Source: a virus
Taxonomy: Duplodnaviria > Caudoviricetes
Strand: one strand, 5' to 3'
DNA length: 64,000 nt
IMG/VR virus record: IMGVR_UViG_3300032239_001501
Coordinates: 32,001-96,000 of that record
Made by a program: the position numbers and the translations under genes. Numbering within the stretch: the first letter of the stretch is position 1; the number at the start of each line of letters is the position of its first letter. The notes below the pieces were generated by a model. It was not told where the DNA came from. It saw nothing but the letters and a program-made list of their open reading frames with translations, and ran no database searches. Shown here in pieces: positions 27,237-36,410 of this stretch.

Positions 27237-30008
27237 TTTTTCTTGCCAACCTTCTTCAGCTAAATCATATATATAATTAGGACTTAACCCTCGTTTTTCC
27301 CAATATTTTAATTCTAATTCAGTAATATCTAATACATCTTCCTGTAATCTATCTTGGTCTCCATCACCTAATGGATGTCCATTAATTAACTCACATTGTG
27401 CTGTAGTAAAAATACCTCTTTGTTCTGGATCTGTAACAAGTAAACTATTTCTAACTTCATCTTGAAAGACAACCATTAAAGGTTCCATTCTTTTATTAAA
27501 TGTTGCAATTGCTCTTGGAACATTATAATCTCCTGTTAAATTAGGATTTTTATCTAAAATATCTTTATCCAACATATAACAATTAATTTGAACTCCTGGT
27601 TCTACAATAGTAGGTTTACGAATTGGTTCAAATAAAAGTTCTGTTTGATTTATTGAACTAATCTTTTTTTCTGATGTTTTTACAACATCACCTTGAGATG
27701 CCTTTGTTCCGTTATTAACATAAAATATAACATCCCCTAAGTTAACATTTAACTTATTTTGTATTGCCAACTCCATATGAGCCATACGACTCATACTATT
27801 ACCAGATTTAGTCTTTGTTGATAATCTTGATTTATAATCTTCAATAGTTAATTTAACCTTTGCTCTTTGAGCAATCTTACTCAATGGAATTTCTTTATCA
27901 AATATCTTTTGAAGATATTCATAATAATATTCTACAAATCCTTTTCCATTACCTTCCAACAATAACTTAACCCCCTTATCCAAAAACTCTTCAATATATA
28001 AAGGTAATTTTTTTGACTTAATAGAATTGCCAGTCAACTTTATCTTTCCTTTGGCATCCATAACTGCATAATTTTTCCTGGCAAGATTTATACATGATGG
28101 CCAAACTCCATCAGTATCTAATGCCATTTCACCACGCATGAATACATCATTATATTCTGCAACATCTGCCTCAGGACCATAGTATTCCTTACCAAGTTTA
28201 ACCTTCCAATTAAGTCCACGACCAACATATACTCGGTCTTTAGCTTCATCAGGGCTAGAAAAGTTTACACCATCAGTATCCATTACCAATGGAACATATC
28301 CTTTATTCATAAAGAATTTTAACATTTGTCTCAAATATTGTCTTGCAGTACAAGTAATTTGTTCTCCCATAAACATATCACCCCAAGCGTAAACCTGTGG
28401 GGCAGATAAAGCACCAAACATTGAGTTAATGAATATTTTAATAGGTAATTGTTTATTTCCATATGAAGCTGATTTATCAGGATCACTTGTATAATATTTT
28501 TCTGCAAGTTCTTTATATTTGATACGAGTGTTACGGAAATAACTTAACATGCCTTTCATTGCGCCTGTTACATCACAAGTTGGAAAAACATCATGTACAA
28601 GTTGAATAGAGGGGTATAGAGAGGAGAAATCCAGCTTAAGTACATTCTTACTATAACCAACCTTAAGTAGTCTAGAAAGACCTCCTACGAAGTCTGTTTT
28701 TGATTCTTTGGCGGGGATTGCTAATCCATGTTTATGAGACCAAGCTAACATTAACATTTTCCATAATGTTGCTGTACCCATTGTTGATACCCTTTCATAT
28801 GTAGTTGGAATCATTGCTGCCAATAAGAATGACCCCTGATTAAATTCTTGGTCAACCTTTAATGTTTCATCCAAATCATCATCAAGATACATCTCAACTA
28901 ATTTATCTCCTGTAATCTTTTTATATACATCAGGAAACTTTATGTCTAAATCTTGATAATCTGACGCCTTCTTATAATTTCCGTTATTAATATTTAACCA
29001 ATATTCTTCTCTGTTTAAGAACATTTTACCAATATTCTCATGGTCAATGTATACTCGGTCAGCGGCTTCGGCATTAATATACTTTGTAATATATTTCAAA
29101 CCTGCGGCCTTAATACTTGAATTAATTGCCTGAGCCCTACGAACGGCATGGATAATATCAATTACATTATAACCCCAAATTGAAGTTTGAGTAAAACTCT
29201 CAACTTCATTTGCGAGTTTTAACATACTATCTTTTCGTGTAAATGAATGTTGTGGATGTAATGATCTACAAATCTTTTTTGGGTCAAGATTCAAAATTCT
29301 ACATCTTTCAAATATCCAATGCCAATCAAAGTTTGCGGAATTATATCCTCCAATAATACTTGGTTTAAGTTCATCAATAACTTTAAAGAATTCAATAATT
29401 GCGTTTCTTTCCTCAGATTCATCCATACACTCAATCACTCTATGATATCCTTTATTTGTTTTAATTCCAATCATAAAAATACGACCATCCTTTGGGTCAA
29501 GGGCTGTCGTTTCTAAGTCATATACAAGTCTGGTGACTTCATTATAATTTTCAAAACCTTTAAATAATCGTTTTTCTTTTGAAATTAAATATTGTTCTAC
29601 AGGAGGTAGAATGATTACCTTATCTTTTGTTCTATCACCCCATGGATCACAACCACCATCTCTAAAAAATTGAATAAGTTCTCTATAACCATTTAAAGAT
29701 CTAACCATGAAAGTCATACCTTTCTGTAATCTTTCATTGCCATGAGTTTCTAACTTATCTATGGTAATACCATACTTTGTCATGGCAACCTTTTGGGCTT
29801 CCTTAGAATCTCCATAAAAGTTTATACCGCGTAAATCTCCAACCCATGCGAATGCAATAAATGAATCCTTTCGGATTTCTTTTCCTTTACCAGGAATTTC
29901 TTTAATTTTATAAATGGAATTTGATGCGTAGTCATACTCAATTGCGACTATAAATTCTTCGGGGTCATTTCCTTGTAAGAAGGATTCTATCTCTTCATTA
30001 GATATCAT
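27213..30008 (-). CDS. polB: Family B DNA polymerase
   Basis: Exo I YDLETT, Exo II GYNSANFDW, motif A DFSSLYPS, motif B KIFINSMFG, motif C DTDG, RKNYA. Confidence 0.95.
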   Translation of the reverse strand: MISNEEIESFLQGNDPEEFIVAIEYDYASNSIYKIKEIPGKGKEIRKDSFIAFAWVGDLRGINFYGDSKEAQKVAMTKYGITIDKLETHGNERLQKGMTFMVRSLNGYRELIQFFRDGGCDPWGDRTKDKVIILPPVEQYLISKEKRLFKGFENYNEVTRLVYDLETTALDPKDGRIFMIGIKTNKGYHRVIECMDESEERNAIIEFFKVIDELKPSIIGGYNSANFDWHWIFERCRILNLDPKKICRSLHPQHSFTRKDSMLKLANEVESFTQTSIWGYNVIDIIHAVRRAQAINSSIKAAGLKYITKYINAEAADRVYIDHENIGKMFLNREEYWLNINNGNYKKASDYQDLDIKFPDVYKKITGDKLVEMYLDDDLDETLKVDQEFNQGSFLLAAMIPTTYERVSTMGTATLWKMLMLAWSHKHGLAIPAKESKTDFVGGLSRLLKVGYSKNVLKLDFSSLYPSIQLVHDVFPTCDVTGAMKGMLSYFRNTRIKYKELAEKYYTSDPDKSASYGNKQLPIKIFINSMFGALSAPQVYAWGDMFMGEQITCTARQYLRQMLKFFMNKGYVPLVMDTDGVNFSSPDEAKDRVYVGRGLNWKVKLGKEYYGPEADVAEYNDVFMRGEMALDTDGVWPSCINLARKNYAVMDAKGKIKLTGNSIKSKKLPLYIEEFLDKGVKLLLEGNGKGFVEYYYEYLQKIFDKEIPLSKIAQRAKVKLTIEDYKSRLSTKTKSGNSMSRMAHMELAIQNKLNVNLGDVIFYVNNGTKASQGDVVKTSEKKISSINQTELLFEPIRKPTIVEPGVQINCYMLDKDILDKNPNLTGDYNVPRAIATFNKRMEPLMVVFQDEVRNSLLVTDPEQRGIFTTAQCELINGHPLGDGDQDRLQEDVLDITELELKYWEKRGLSPNYIYDLAEEGWQEKLGSFKSV

Positions 30009-30019
30009 AATATATTTTT

Positions 30020-30067
30020 TAGATTGACTTATTTGCTTTCACAATATGTGAAATTTGTCTTCATCTA
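30020..30067 (-). promoter_or_regulatory. Structured 5' leader of the DNA polymerase gene
   Basis: Core inverted repeat TTTCACA-N3-TGTGAAA (30037-30053), flanked by GAC/GTC and TAGAT/ATCTA pairings; ends 11 nt before the ATG. Confidence 0.45.
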
Positions 30068-30098
30068 TAAATATAAAAATTATTCTTGATTAATCAAA
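30068..30098 (-). promoter_or_regulatory. Putative host-type (Bacteroidota -33/-7) promoter for polB
   Basis: TTTG-N19-TATATTTA on the minus strand, against the consensus TTTG-N19-21-TAnnTTTG. Confidence 0.5.
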
Positions 30099-30479
30099 TT
30101 AGCAACAAGCTGTTTCTGAAATAAAACTATCTTGAACATTAATAAATAATTCTTCTCTAATTGGTAAAATTAAATTACCATCATTATTTTTAATTAAAAA
30201 TTGTCCCTGAAATCTTCCAACTGTATTTGTGTCTCTTGAGTTAAACTGATAATAAATGTAATATTCTGTTGGAGCTCCATCTTCGGCAAAAATAAGTGGA
30301 ACAATATAACAAGGAGCTGAAACAATTTTTGGAATACCATTGTAAACATCCAACATTGAAAAGAAAATAGTTGATACTTCCAAATCTTGCATTAATTGGA
30401 TATAACCCGCTCTTCCGTCTTTTACAACTTGCATTTTTAAAACAGGTAATGTTGCGTTTTTCTTGATATAAAATTCCAT
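30099..30479 (-). CDS. BppU N-terminal-like (Ig-fold) virion adaptor protein; start revised to 30479
   Basis: MEFYIKKNATLPVLKMQV...YYQFNSRDTNTVGRFQGQF...LILP. The ATG at 30479 is 4 nt from a TATTTAT motif and avoids overlap with the upstream gene. Confidence 0.55.
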   Translation of the reverse strand: MEFYIKKNATLPVLKMQVVKDGRAGYIQLMQDLEVSTIFFSMLDVYNGIPKIVSAPCYIVPLIFAEDGAPTEYYIYYQFNSRDTNTVGRFQGQFLIKNNDGNLILPIREELFINVQDSFISETACC

Positions 30480-30500
30480 AACAATAAATATATTGTTATG
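30477..30500 (-). promoter_or_regulatory. Perfect hairpin pairing the upstream stop codon region with the start codon of 30099..30479
   Basis: CATAACAATA-TATT-TATTGTTATG: 10-bp perfect inverted repeat containing TAA, TATTTAT and ATG. Confidence 0.65.
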
Positions 30501-32166
30501 ACTCTTTTCTAAGATCTCGGTTATAATGATCAAATCTATCGTGTTCAGTTGGAGTTAAAAGTAATATACCAGGATATAATTCTCCCTTTTTAACTAACTG
30601 ATACATATGACTCATCCATGTTTGTTCAAAAGGATGTGCCCAAGTTGTATCTAAAAACATTTTTTTATTTCCTTCTTTTGTAACTATTTGAGGCCAATTA
30701 CAATAATAAACTTCACCTGTGGCATACGGTAATCCTTTATGTGACAAAACAGAATTAAATTCACACTTTGGGGCGTTTGGATCTAATCCCATTTGTGGTA
30801 ATCTTGGTTTACCTGGCCAAAATTCATCTCTAATGTGTTGTGGCACATTATACCAAGCCCATTGAGTTCCATTATCTCCATAAAATTCACTATAATTTAG
30901 TTTAAGAAAATCAAAATTTTCTTTCTTAACAATCTCTAAAGACTTTGTATATAAGTTTGGAACAAATCTATTAAATCCATTTCTACATACACCATCTTTT
31001 GAATAAAAAAACATATCGTCTTCAAAAAATAAATAACAATCTAAATCCAAAGTATCAAAATGTTCTGCAATCCATTGTCTACCACCACAAATACCTAAAT
31101 TATCTTTTTTAATATGTTCAAAATTATATTCTTTACATATTCTTGCGTATTCATCAAATGTTGATTCATCACTAGAATTATCTAATAAAAATTTAGTAGT
31201 CTTTAATAGGTAATCATTATCATAAAGTTTCATAGAATCAATCAATGTTTGAAATTGATTTGGACTATTAAAAGTTATAACATATAACCCAACTTTATTA
31301 ATATCTAAATTAGATTGATGTTTAACTGAAGTTTCAGATTTTGTTTGTAATTTATCATCCTTTAAATCTTCAAAAAATTTACCAATCAATCCATTACTTT
31401 CAATTTCAAAATTATTTATTAAATCAGAATGTTTATAACACATAATTGAAAAAATAGATTCTTCAGTACCCATATATCCATCTTCCAAAGTTGTTTTTAA
31501 TAACCCATAATATATCCCATTAATATCTGAAATTGAATCTTTTGGTCCTCCAAAAAATCCTCCTCTGGCAACTTTAGTTATTTTTGCGCCAGCGTATGAA
31601 TTTATTTTTTCATAATTAAATCCATGAATTTCTGTCTCGGCTCCGTATGGAAAACAAATAAATGAAAACTTATTAATATATTTTGATAACTTATCTAATA
31701 CTTTATCATGAGTAAAATAGCCTGGATGAACTGTATTGGTTAAACCACCATCAATCCAAAATAGATATTCTGAATCAAATTGGTCCATAATTTTGGCATC
31801 ATTTAATAGAAAAACTTTAGACATTACAAGTGGATTATAATTTTCTAATTTTGCTTGTGTTGATTCTTTTAACCAACTAACTTGGTTATACCAAGATTCT
31901 TTAGTTCTTATTTTTTGAATCATATCAAAAAATTCGTTAGTTCTAAACCAACTTAAAGGTCTTAATATAAATTGAGTATTTTTAGGGTTTCTTTTTTTGA
32001 AAACAAAATCTTTTAATTCTTCGTCTCCAAAAATTATAAGATTATTATCAACTTCTAAAAGTTTCTCAAATTTATCTAAATAATGTTGGTATGGTCTTGA
32101 CCATCCTTCAGATAATTCTCCTCTTCCAATATCCCAAATACCTGTTACTAATGTTATATTACTCAT
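30496..32166 (-). CDS. Two-domain glycosyltransferase: HtrL/YibB(WlaTC)-like plus GT-A fold
   Basis: TLVTGIWDIGR, FWIDGG, GGFFGG, GTEESI (HtrL-like); second half LYVITFNS, NLGICGGR, FFEDD. Confidence 0.75.
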   Translation of the reverse strand: MSNITLVTGIWDIGRGELSEGWSRPYQHYLDKFEKLLEVDNNLIIFGDEELKDFVFKKRNPKNTQFILRPLSWFRTNEFFDMIQKIRTKESWYNQVSWLKESTQAKLENYNPLVMSKVFLLNDAKIMDQFDSEYLFWIDGGLTNTVHPGYFTHDKVLDKLSKYINKFSFICFPYGAETEIHGFNYEKINSYAGAKITKVARGGFFGGPKDSISDINGIYYGLLKTTLEDGYMGTEESIFSIMCYKHSDLINNFEIESNGLIGKFFEDLKDDKLQTKSETSVKHQSNLDINKVGLYVITFNSPNQFQTLIDSMKLYDNDYLLKTTKFLLDNSSDESTFDEYARICKEYNFEHIKKDNLGICGGRQWIAEHFDTLDLDCYLFFEDDMFFYSKDGVCRNGFNRFVPNLYTKSLEIVKKENFDFLKLNYSEFYGDNGTQWAWYNVPQHIRDEFWPGKPRLPQMGLDPNAPKCEFNSVLSHKGLPYATGEVYYCNWPQIVTKEGNKKMFLDTTWAHPFEQTWMSHMYQLVKKGELYPGILLLTPTEHDRFDHYNRDLRKES

Positions 32167-33040
32167 AAATTCTATTAAATTCTTCTAATATTTTATAAAA
32201 ACTTTTATTTTGTGTAAACATTTCATCTGATACTCCTGATGGAGAATTACCTTTATACCACCATATATCAAAATGTTTTCTTACAAATAATTCTCTATTA
32301 TTTACATACATCATACTCATTATTTGTTCTTCATGAGGTAAACCTTTGTCTTCAGTTAATATTTTTTTAGTATAATCTTCAAACATATTAACTATATTAT
32401 CCCATTTATCTCTATGACCCCCAAACATTCCTCCAATGATATGAATACTTCTATCATATTCTTTATACCATTTTGCATCAACAGTACCAGACCAATAATT
32501 CCTATCATTTTCTTTACCTAATATTAAAAATTTATCTCCAGTATCTTCAATCAAATTCTTTAGAAATTCATTACTAAATAAACTACTTTCATAATATCTT
32601 GCTTGAGGGTGTTCTCCAATCAAATATTTTGGTGGAATCAAACCACAATGAGACAATCCAGCATCAATCCAATAATAATAATCATATGATTTATCTTCAT
32701 TCCACCACCAATGAAATTTTGAGTATTGTATTTCAATACATCTATCTCCTTGTTTAATTTGGTCTACATTTTTTCTTTTTTTAATTAAATCTTTTAATTT
32801 GGTATCATTAATATCAAAAACTTGAAACTTTAATTTTTCTTCTGAAATTTTATTATCAACATAAAAAAATTCTTTTAAAGAATTTATTTCTCTATCAGAT
32901 GTATAACAAATAAAATCTGCATCTGTCATCTTTAACAATGATAGTAAGCTATATCTGTAGTGACCATGTCTACCTGTTCTTCCTCCCAATTCAGTTCCAT
33001 GTAAATCACTATAAATTGATGTAATAAATTTAACTGACAT
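32159..33040 (-). CDS. HtrL/YibB-like glycosyltransferase
   Basis: YYWIDAGL, IGGMFGG, HEEQIM; paralogous to the N-terminal half of 30496..32166. Confidence 0.65.
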   Translation of the reverse strand: MSVKFITSIYSDLHGTELGGRTGRHGHYRYSLLSLLKMTDADFICYTSDREINSLKEFFYVDNKISEEKLKFQVFDINDTKLKDLIKKRKNVDQIKQGDRCIEIQYSKFHWWWNEDKSYDYYYWIDAGLSHCGLIPPKYLIGEHPQARYYESSLFSNEFLKNLIEDTGDKFLILGKENDRNYWSGTVDAKWYKEYDRSIHIIGGMFGGHRDKWDNIVNMFEDYTKKILTEDKGLPHEEQIMSMMYVNNRELFVRKHFDIWWYKGNSPSGVSDEMFTQNKSFYKILEEFNRIYE

Positions 33041-33773
33041 AATATTGAACGTGTATTTTTTCTTGTTTTATTTTTTCATTTCCTTCTTCACTTTTAAATT
33101 CGTTAGGAATTTTTTTGGGGGAATATAAATCCCAATTATATGTTTGGGTATAAAAGTTATTATACATACCATGAGACACATCAGAATATGAATTTCTTTG
33201 TGGCGCAATTGGTAATACGGGACAATAACTTTGAAATTTAGGATAAATAAATTTAACCAAATATCCGTCAATTGGAAAATAATAATCTCCTGATTCTGTA
33301 AATGCGGTTAAAGAAATATTAAACATTTCATCATATACAGATTTATCGTAAATCAAAATATTTGTTGCAAATGTTTCTGTATGATGTTCTTCTTTTGGAG
33401 GAATATTTGTAATGTCTAACAATAAATCATATTTGTTGCTAATATTAACTTTTCTATTCAATGTTGGAGTTATGTTAAAAACACCAAATTCAATTCCTTC
33501 AATTTGTTTTTCAATATCTTCCAATAATGATTTTGCATATGGCATAAAGACACAATCATCTTCAATAACCATAACACGATCATATCCTTTTTCTTTTGCT
33601 ATTTTAATGACTTCTAAATGAGATAACGTGCAACCCATATAACTGTTTCTATTAACAGCATTAAATTTTTCAAAATCCCATCCAATATAATCCATCTCTT
33701 TTTTTATTAGATTAAGATTATCAAGTCTGGTTTCTAAATTTACAACAAACTTTGGTATTTCACTAAATTTCAT
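33030..33773 (-). CDS. GT25-family glycosyltransferase
   Basis: FVVNLETRLD, GCTLSHL, VIEDD, PID, QRNSYSD. Confidence 0.8.
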   Translation of the reverse strand: MKFSEIPKFVVNLETRLDNLNLIKKEMDYIGWDFEKFNAVNRNSYMGCTLSHLEVIKIAKEKGYDRVMVIEDDCVFMPYAKSLLEDIEKQIEGIEFGVFNITPTLNRKVNISNKYDLLLDITNIPPKEEHHTETFATNILIYDKSVYDEMFNISLTAFTESGDYYFPIDGYLVKFIYPKFQSYCPVLPIAPQRNSYSDVSHGMYNNFYTQTYNWDLYSPKKIPNEFKSEEGNEKIKQEKIHVQYYVS

Positions 33774-35038
33774 TAACTAACTATATTATGATTTAATTGA
33801 CCTGTAATTCTATCACACCATCCTTTTGATTCTGAGTGAGGCCAAACAACCCAATATTGAGGTAATTCATCGGTTTGGAATTCTCTCCATACTTTACAAT
33901 ATTTATCAGGATCTCTCATAAAACCTGCAATTTCATTTTTATCTGCATCTTTTCTAAATAAAGTTTTATCTTCTTTACCGTGAAAGGCAACTACCCAAAA
34001 ATCGTAATCAGTTTCAGTAACTTGAGAATATCCAATATCAATACAATGTTTAAACATCATACAAAAACTATCTTTCCATTCTTGTTCTGTTTCAAAATTA
34101 TAAGGGTTTGGAGGGTAATTTTTATCTAATGTGTATTTGTCAATTGCTCTTTTTTCAAATAAAAGACCTGAATATTTTTCATAATCAGTTAATGTTCTAA
34201 CAGTACCAAATCCATAAGGACCATCATGACCTTCTTGTTTTTCACCATCCATTCCAAATAATTTTCTATTTGTATGGTGAGAATGTTTGTTTTTATCTCC
34301 CCAAGTCTTGTCATCATCCCATTGTTTTGTTCTACCTTTACGAGTATACTCATGGTATACAACTGGAATATGAGGATGAAATAAATCATAACCCCAAGTA
34401 TAAGCTCTTGCCGCAATTGAAATTTCTTCTCCATGAAAATAATATTCAGGATTATGTTGAACTTCTACGGAGAATTCACCTAAAGTAAAACAAAAGTGAG
34501 CGGAGTAGAATCTTGCCGTAACTGGTTTTGTCATCTCTCTCCAACCTGGAATTGTTTCAGGTAAAAAGAATACAGCTCCTTCAGGAATGAATCTATCAAA
34601 TACCATTCTCCAAGCTTCTTGTGATCTTCCTGCAGGGTCATTTTCGGGGTCAAAAGATGGAACATAACCCGTAAGTAAAGGTTTGTTGTACCCATCCTTT
34701 TGTAGCCCCTTTATCATCTTGATTAAGATATCATCCCAATCTTTAACAAATCTCATGTGAGAATCTATTTGTAATGTATATGTTTCACCATCATAAAGTT
34801 GTTGAGTTAAATTTCTTGCCCAACAAACACCTTTGGCGTCTTGATAAGGAATATCCAAGATTTTAAATCTTTTGTCTTTTCTATATTCATCTAAATTATC
34901 AAAACCATCTGTTTCGTTGAATTGTCTTGCGATTGCAAATACGAGGTTTTTTGGTCTCTTTGCGTTGGCAATCATGTCTTTTATTGTTGGAACTAATTGT
35001 GGGTCTCTGTAGGACGCGCATTGAATAAAAATCTTCAT
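33773..35038 (-). CDS. GT60-family polypeptide alpha-GlcNAc transferase homologue (Gnt1/OGNT-like); start revised to 35038
   Basis: IFIQCASYRDP, AKGVCWAR, LQIDSHMRFVKDWD (DSH motif), FYSAHFCF, FHGEEISIAARAYTWGYDLFHP, HEY, GFGTVRTL. Confidence 0.85.
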   Translation of the reverse strand: MKIFIQCASYRDPQLVPTIKDMIANAKRPKNLVFAIARQFNETDGFDNLDEYRKDKRFKILDIPYQDAKGVCWARNLTQQLYDGETYTLQIDSHMRFVKDWDDILIKMIKGLQKDGYNKPLLTGYVPSFDPENDPAGRSQEAWRMVFDRFIPEGAVFFLPETIPGWREMTKPVTARFYSAHFCFTLGEFSVEVQHNPEYYFHGEEISIAARAYTWGYDLFHPHIPVVYHEYTRKGRTKQWDDDKTWGDKNKHSHHTNRKLFGMDGEKQEGHDGPYGFGTVRTLTDYEKYSGLLFEKRAIDKYTLDKNYPPNPYNFETEQEWKDSFCMMFKHCIDIGYSQVTETDYDFWVVAFHGKEDKTLFRKDADKNEIAGFMRDPDKYCKVWREFQTDELPQYWVVWPHSESKGWCDRITGQLNHNIVS

Positions 35039-35062
35039 TAAGTTATATTTTGTAATAAACAT

Positions 35063-35092
35063 AAAAAAACCCCTCATAAAATGAAGGGTTTT
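35063..35092 (-). terminator. Intrinsic terminator between the mucin-like genes and the GT operon
   Basis: Minus strand AAAACCCTTCAT-TTT-ATGAGGGGTTTT (one G:U pair, valid only on this strand) running into a T7 tract. Confidence 0.7.
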
Positions 35093-35112
35093 AAATATAT
35101 TATTTTTAAATA

Positions 35113-36279
35113 TTAAGTATGTGTTGGTGTTGGTGTAGAAGTTGGTGTTGATGTGACAGATGGGGTACCAGATTGTGTTGGTGTTACAGTTGGTGTGTTA
35201 GTTGGAGTATTAGTTGGTGTTGAAGTTGGTCCACATATTGAAGAATTTAATACGATACCCGCAGAATTTAATTCATAAACAATACCGTTATAAACATACC
35301 AACCAGCCAAATTTACTCCAGGACAGAATCCTGAACTACAACCATAAAAGAATGAGTTATCCTCAAATACTGGACTTTGACCAAATATAGTTGCGACGTT
35401 TGAAGTACTACAAGCGCTTATTGATGAAGTCTCATCATGTTTTGTAGCAAATGTGTATCTTGCTGGTTGAGGGTCTGTTGGTGATGGTGTTGGGGTATGT
35501 GTTGGAGTTTGAGTTGCAGTACTAGTTGGAGTTGCGGTATTTGTTGGTGTGCTTGTGATTGTTGGTGTTGGAGTTACTAAAAGTGAACAACCTGCAACAA
35601 CTTTTTGAGTAATTTCTCCAGATCCTCCTGATACTAAATACCAATCATTTCCGTCAGAATAATATCCATTACCAGCAACCAAACTTAATGATGCGTCGGC
35701 ATATAAATAATCACCAACACTAAGAGTTGGTCCTTGAGCTCTTGCAATGTAAAGGAATGTTTCTGTTGCTAAACAAGCAGCGTTTTGTGTATCCCCAGAA
35801 CCCAATAAGAAACTATAATTAAATGGTGTTGGTGTATGTGTCGGAGTTCCGGTATTAGTTGGAGTATTAGTTGGAGTATTAGCCGGAGTTCCAGTTGGAG
35901 TTCCAGTTGGAGTTCCAGTTTGAGTATTTGTTGGAGTATTTGTTGGTGTTTGAGTGTTAGTTGTAGTATTTGTTGGTGTTTGAGTGTTAGTTGTAGTATT
36001 TGTTGGAGTATTAGTTGGTGTATTAGTTGGAGTTGTTGTTGATGTTGGAGTAGCCGTTGGAGTTGGAGTTGGTCCTACTGGAGGAAAGGCTCCCAAATTA
36101 ACCAAAACAATACTGTTTGGAAAAGCACTTGAATATGTTGTGTTTAATAACCAAATATTTTTAGTTTGATTTGGATTTAATTCTACTTGATATTCCCACA
36201 TTGCGTCGTCACATCTTTGGTAACTGAAATTCACAATTGATGAACCAGTGTTTGTTAAAGTATATTTACTACATGCCAT
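35113..36279 (-). CDS. Mucin-like Thr/Pro-repeat protein with Cys-bracketed beta modules
   Basis: Three TPT(N/S/Q)T tracts separate three small globular modules; TATTTAT motif upstream. Confidence 0.85.
   Translation of the reverse strand: MACSKYTLTNTGSSIVNFSYQRCDDAMWEYQVELNPNQTKNIWLLNTTYSSAFPNSIVLVNLGAFPPVGPTPTPTATPTSTTTPTNTPTNTPTNTTTNTQTPTNTTTNTQTPTNTPTNTQTGTPTGTPTGTPANTPTNTPTNTGTPTHTPTPFNYSFLLGSGDTQNAACLATETFLYIARAQGPTLSVGDYLYADASLSLVAGNGYYSDGNDWYLVSGGSGEITQKVVAGCSLLVTPTPTITSTPTNTATPTSTATQTPTHTPTPSPTDPQPARYTFATKHDETSSISACSTSNVATIFGQSPVFEDNSFFYGCSSGFCPGVNLAGWYVYNGIVYELNSAGIVLNSSICGPTSTPTNTPTNTPTVTPTQSGTPSVTSTPTSTPTPTHT
35826..36075 (-). repeat. Coding tandem repeats (12-bp units, one 30-bp duplication) encoding TPTN/TPTG
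   Basis: gtattagttgga-type units; tttgttggtgtttgagtgttagttgtagta occurs twice in tandem. Confidence 0.85.
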
Positions 36280-36410
36280 TTTGTTCTGTTTAAATTATAA
36301 ATATTATGATTTTGAATAAAAAATTACTAACTATTCGTATTAATCTATTATAACAGATAAATAGTGAGAACTATAGTAATATAATTAATTAAAATAAAAA
36401 AAAGTTTTTC

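Noticed and set aside
22407-30008. Inteins or introns in the helicase or polymerase
   Set aside because: Motifs are normally spaced, with no intein-like C...HN insert, LAGLIDADG block or split ORF evident.
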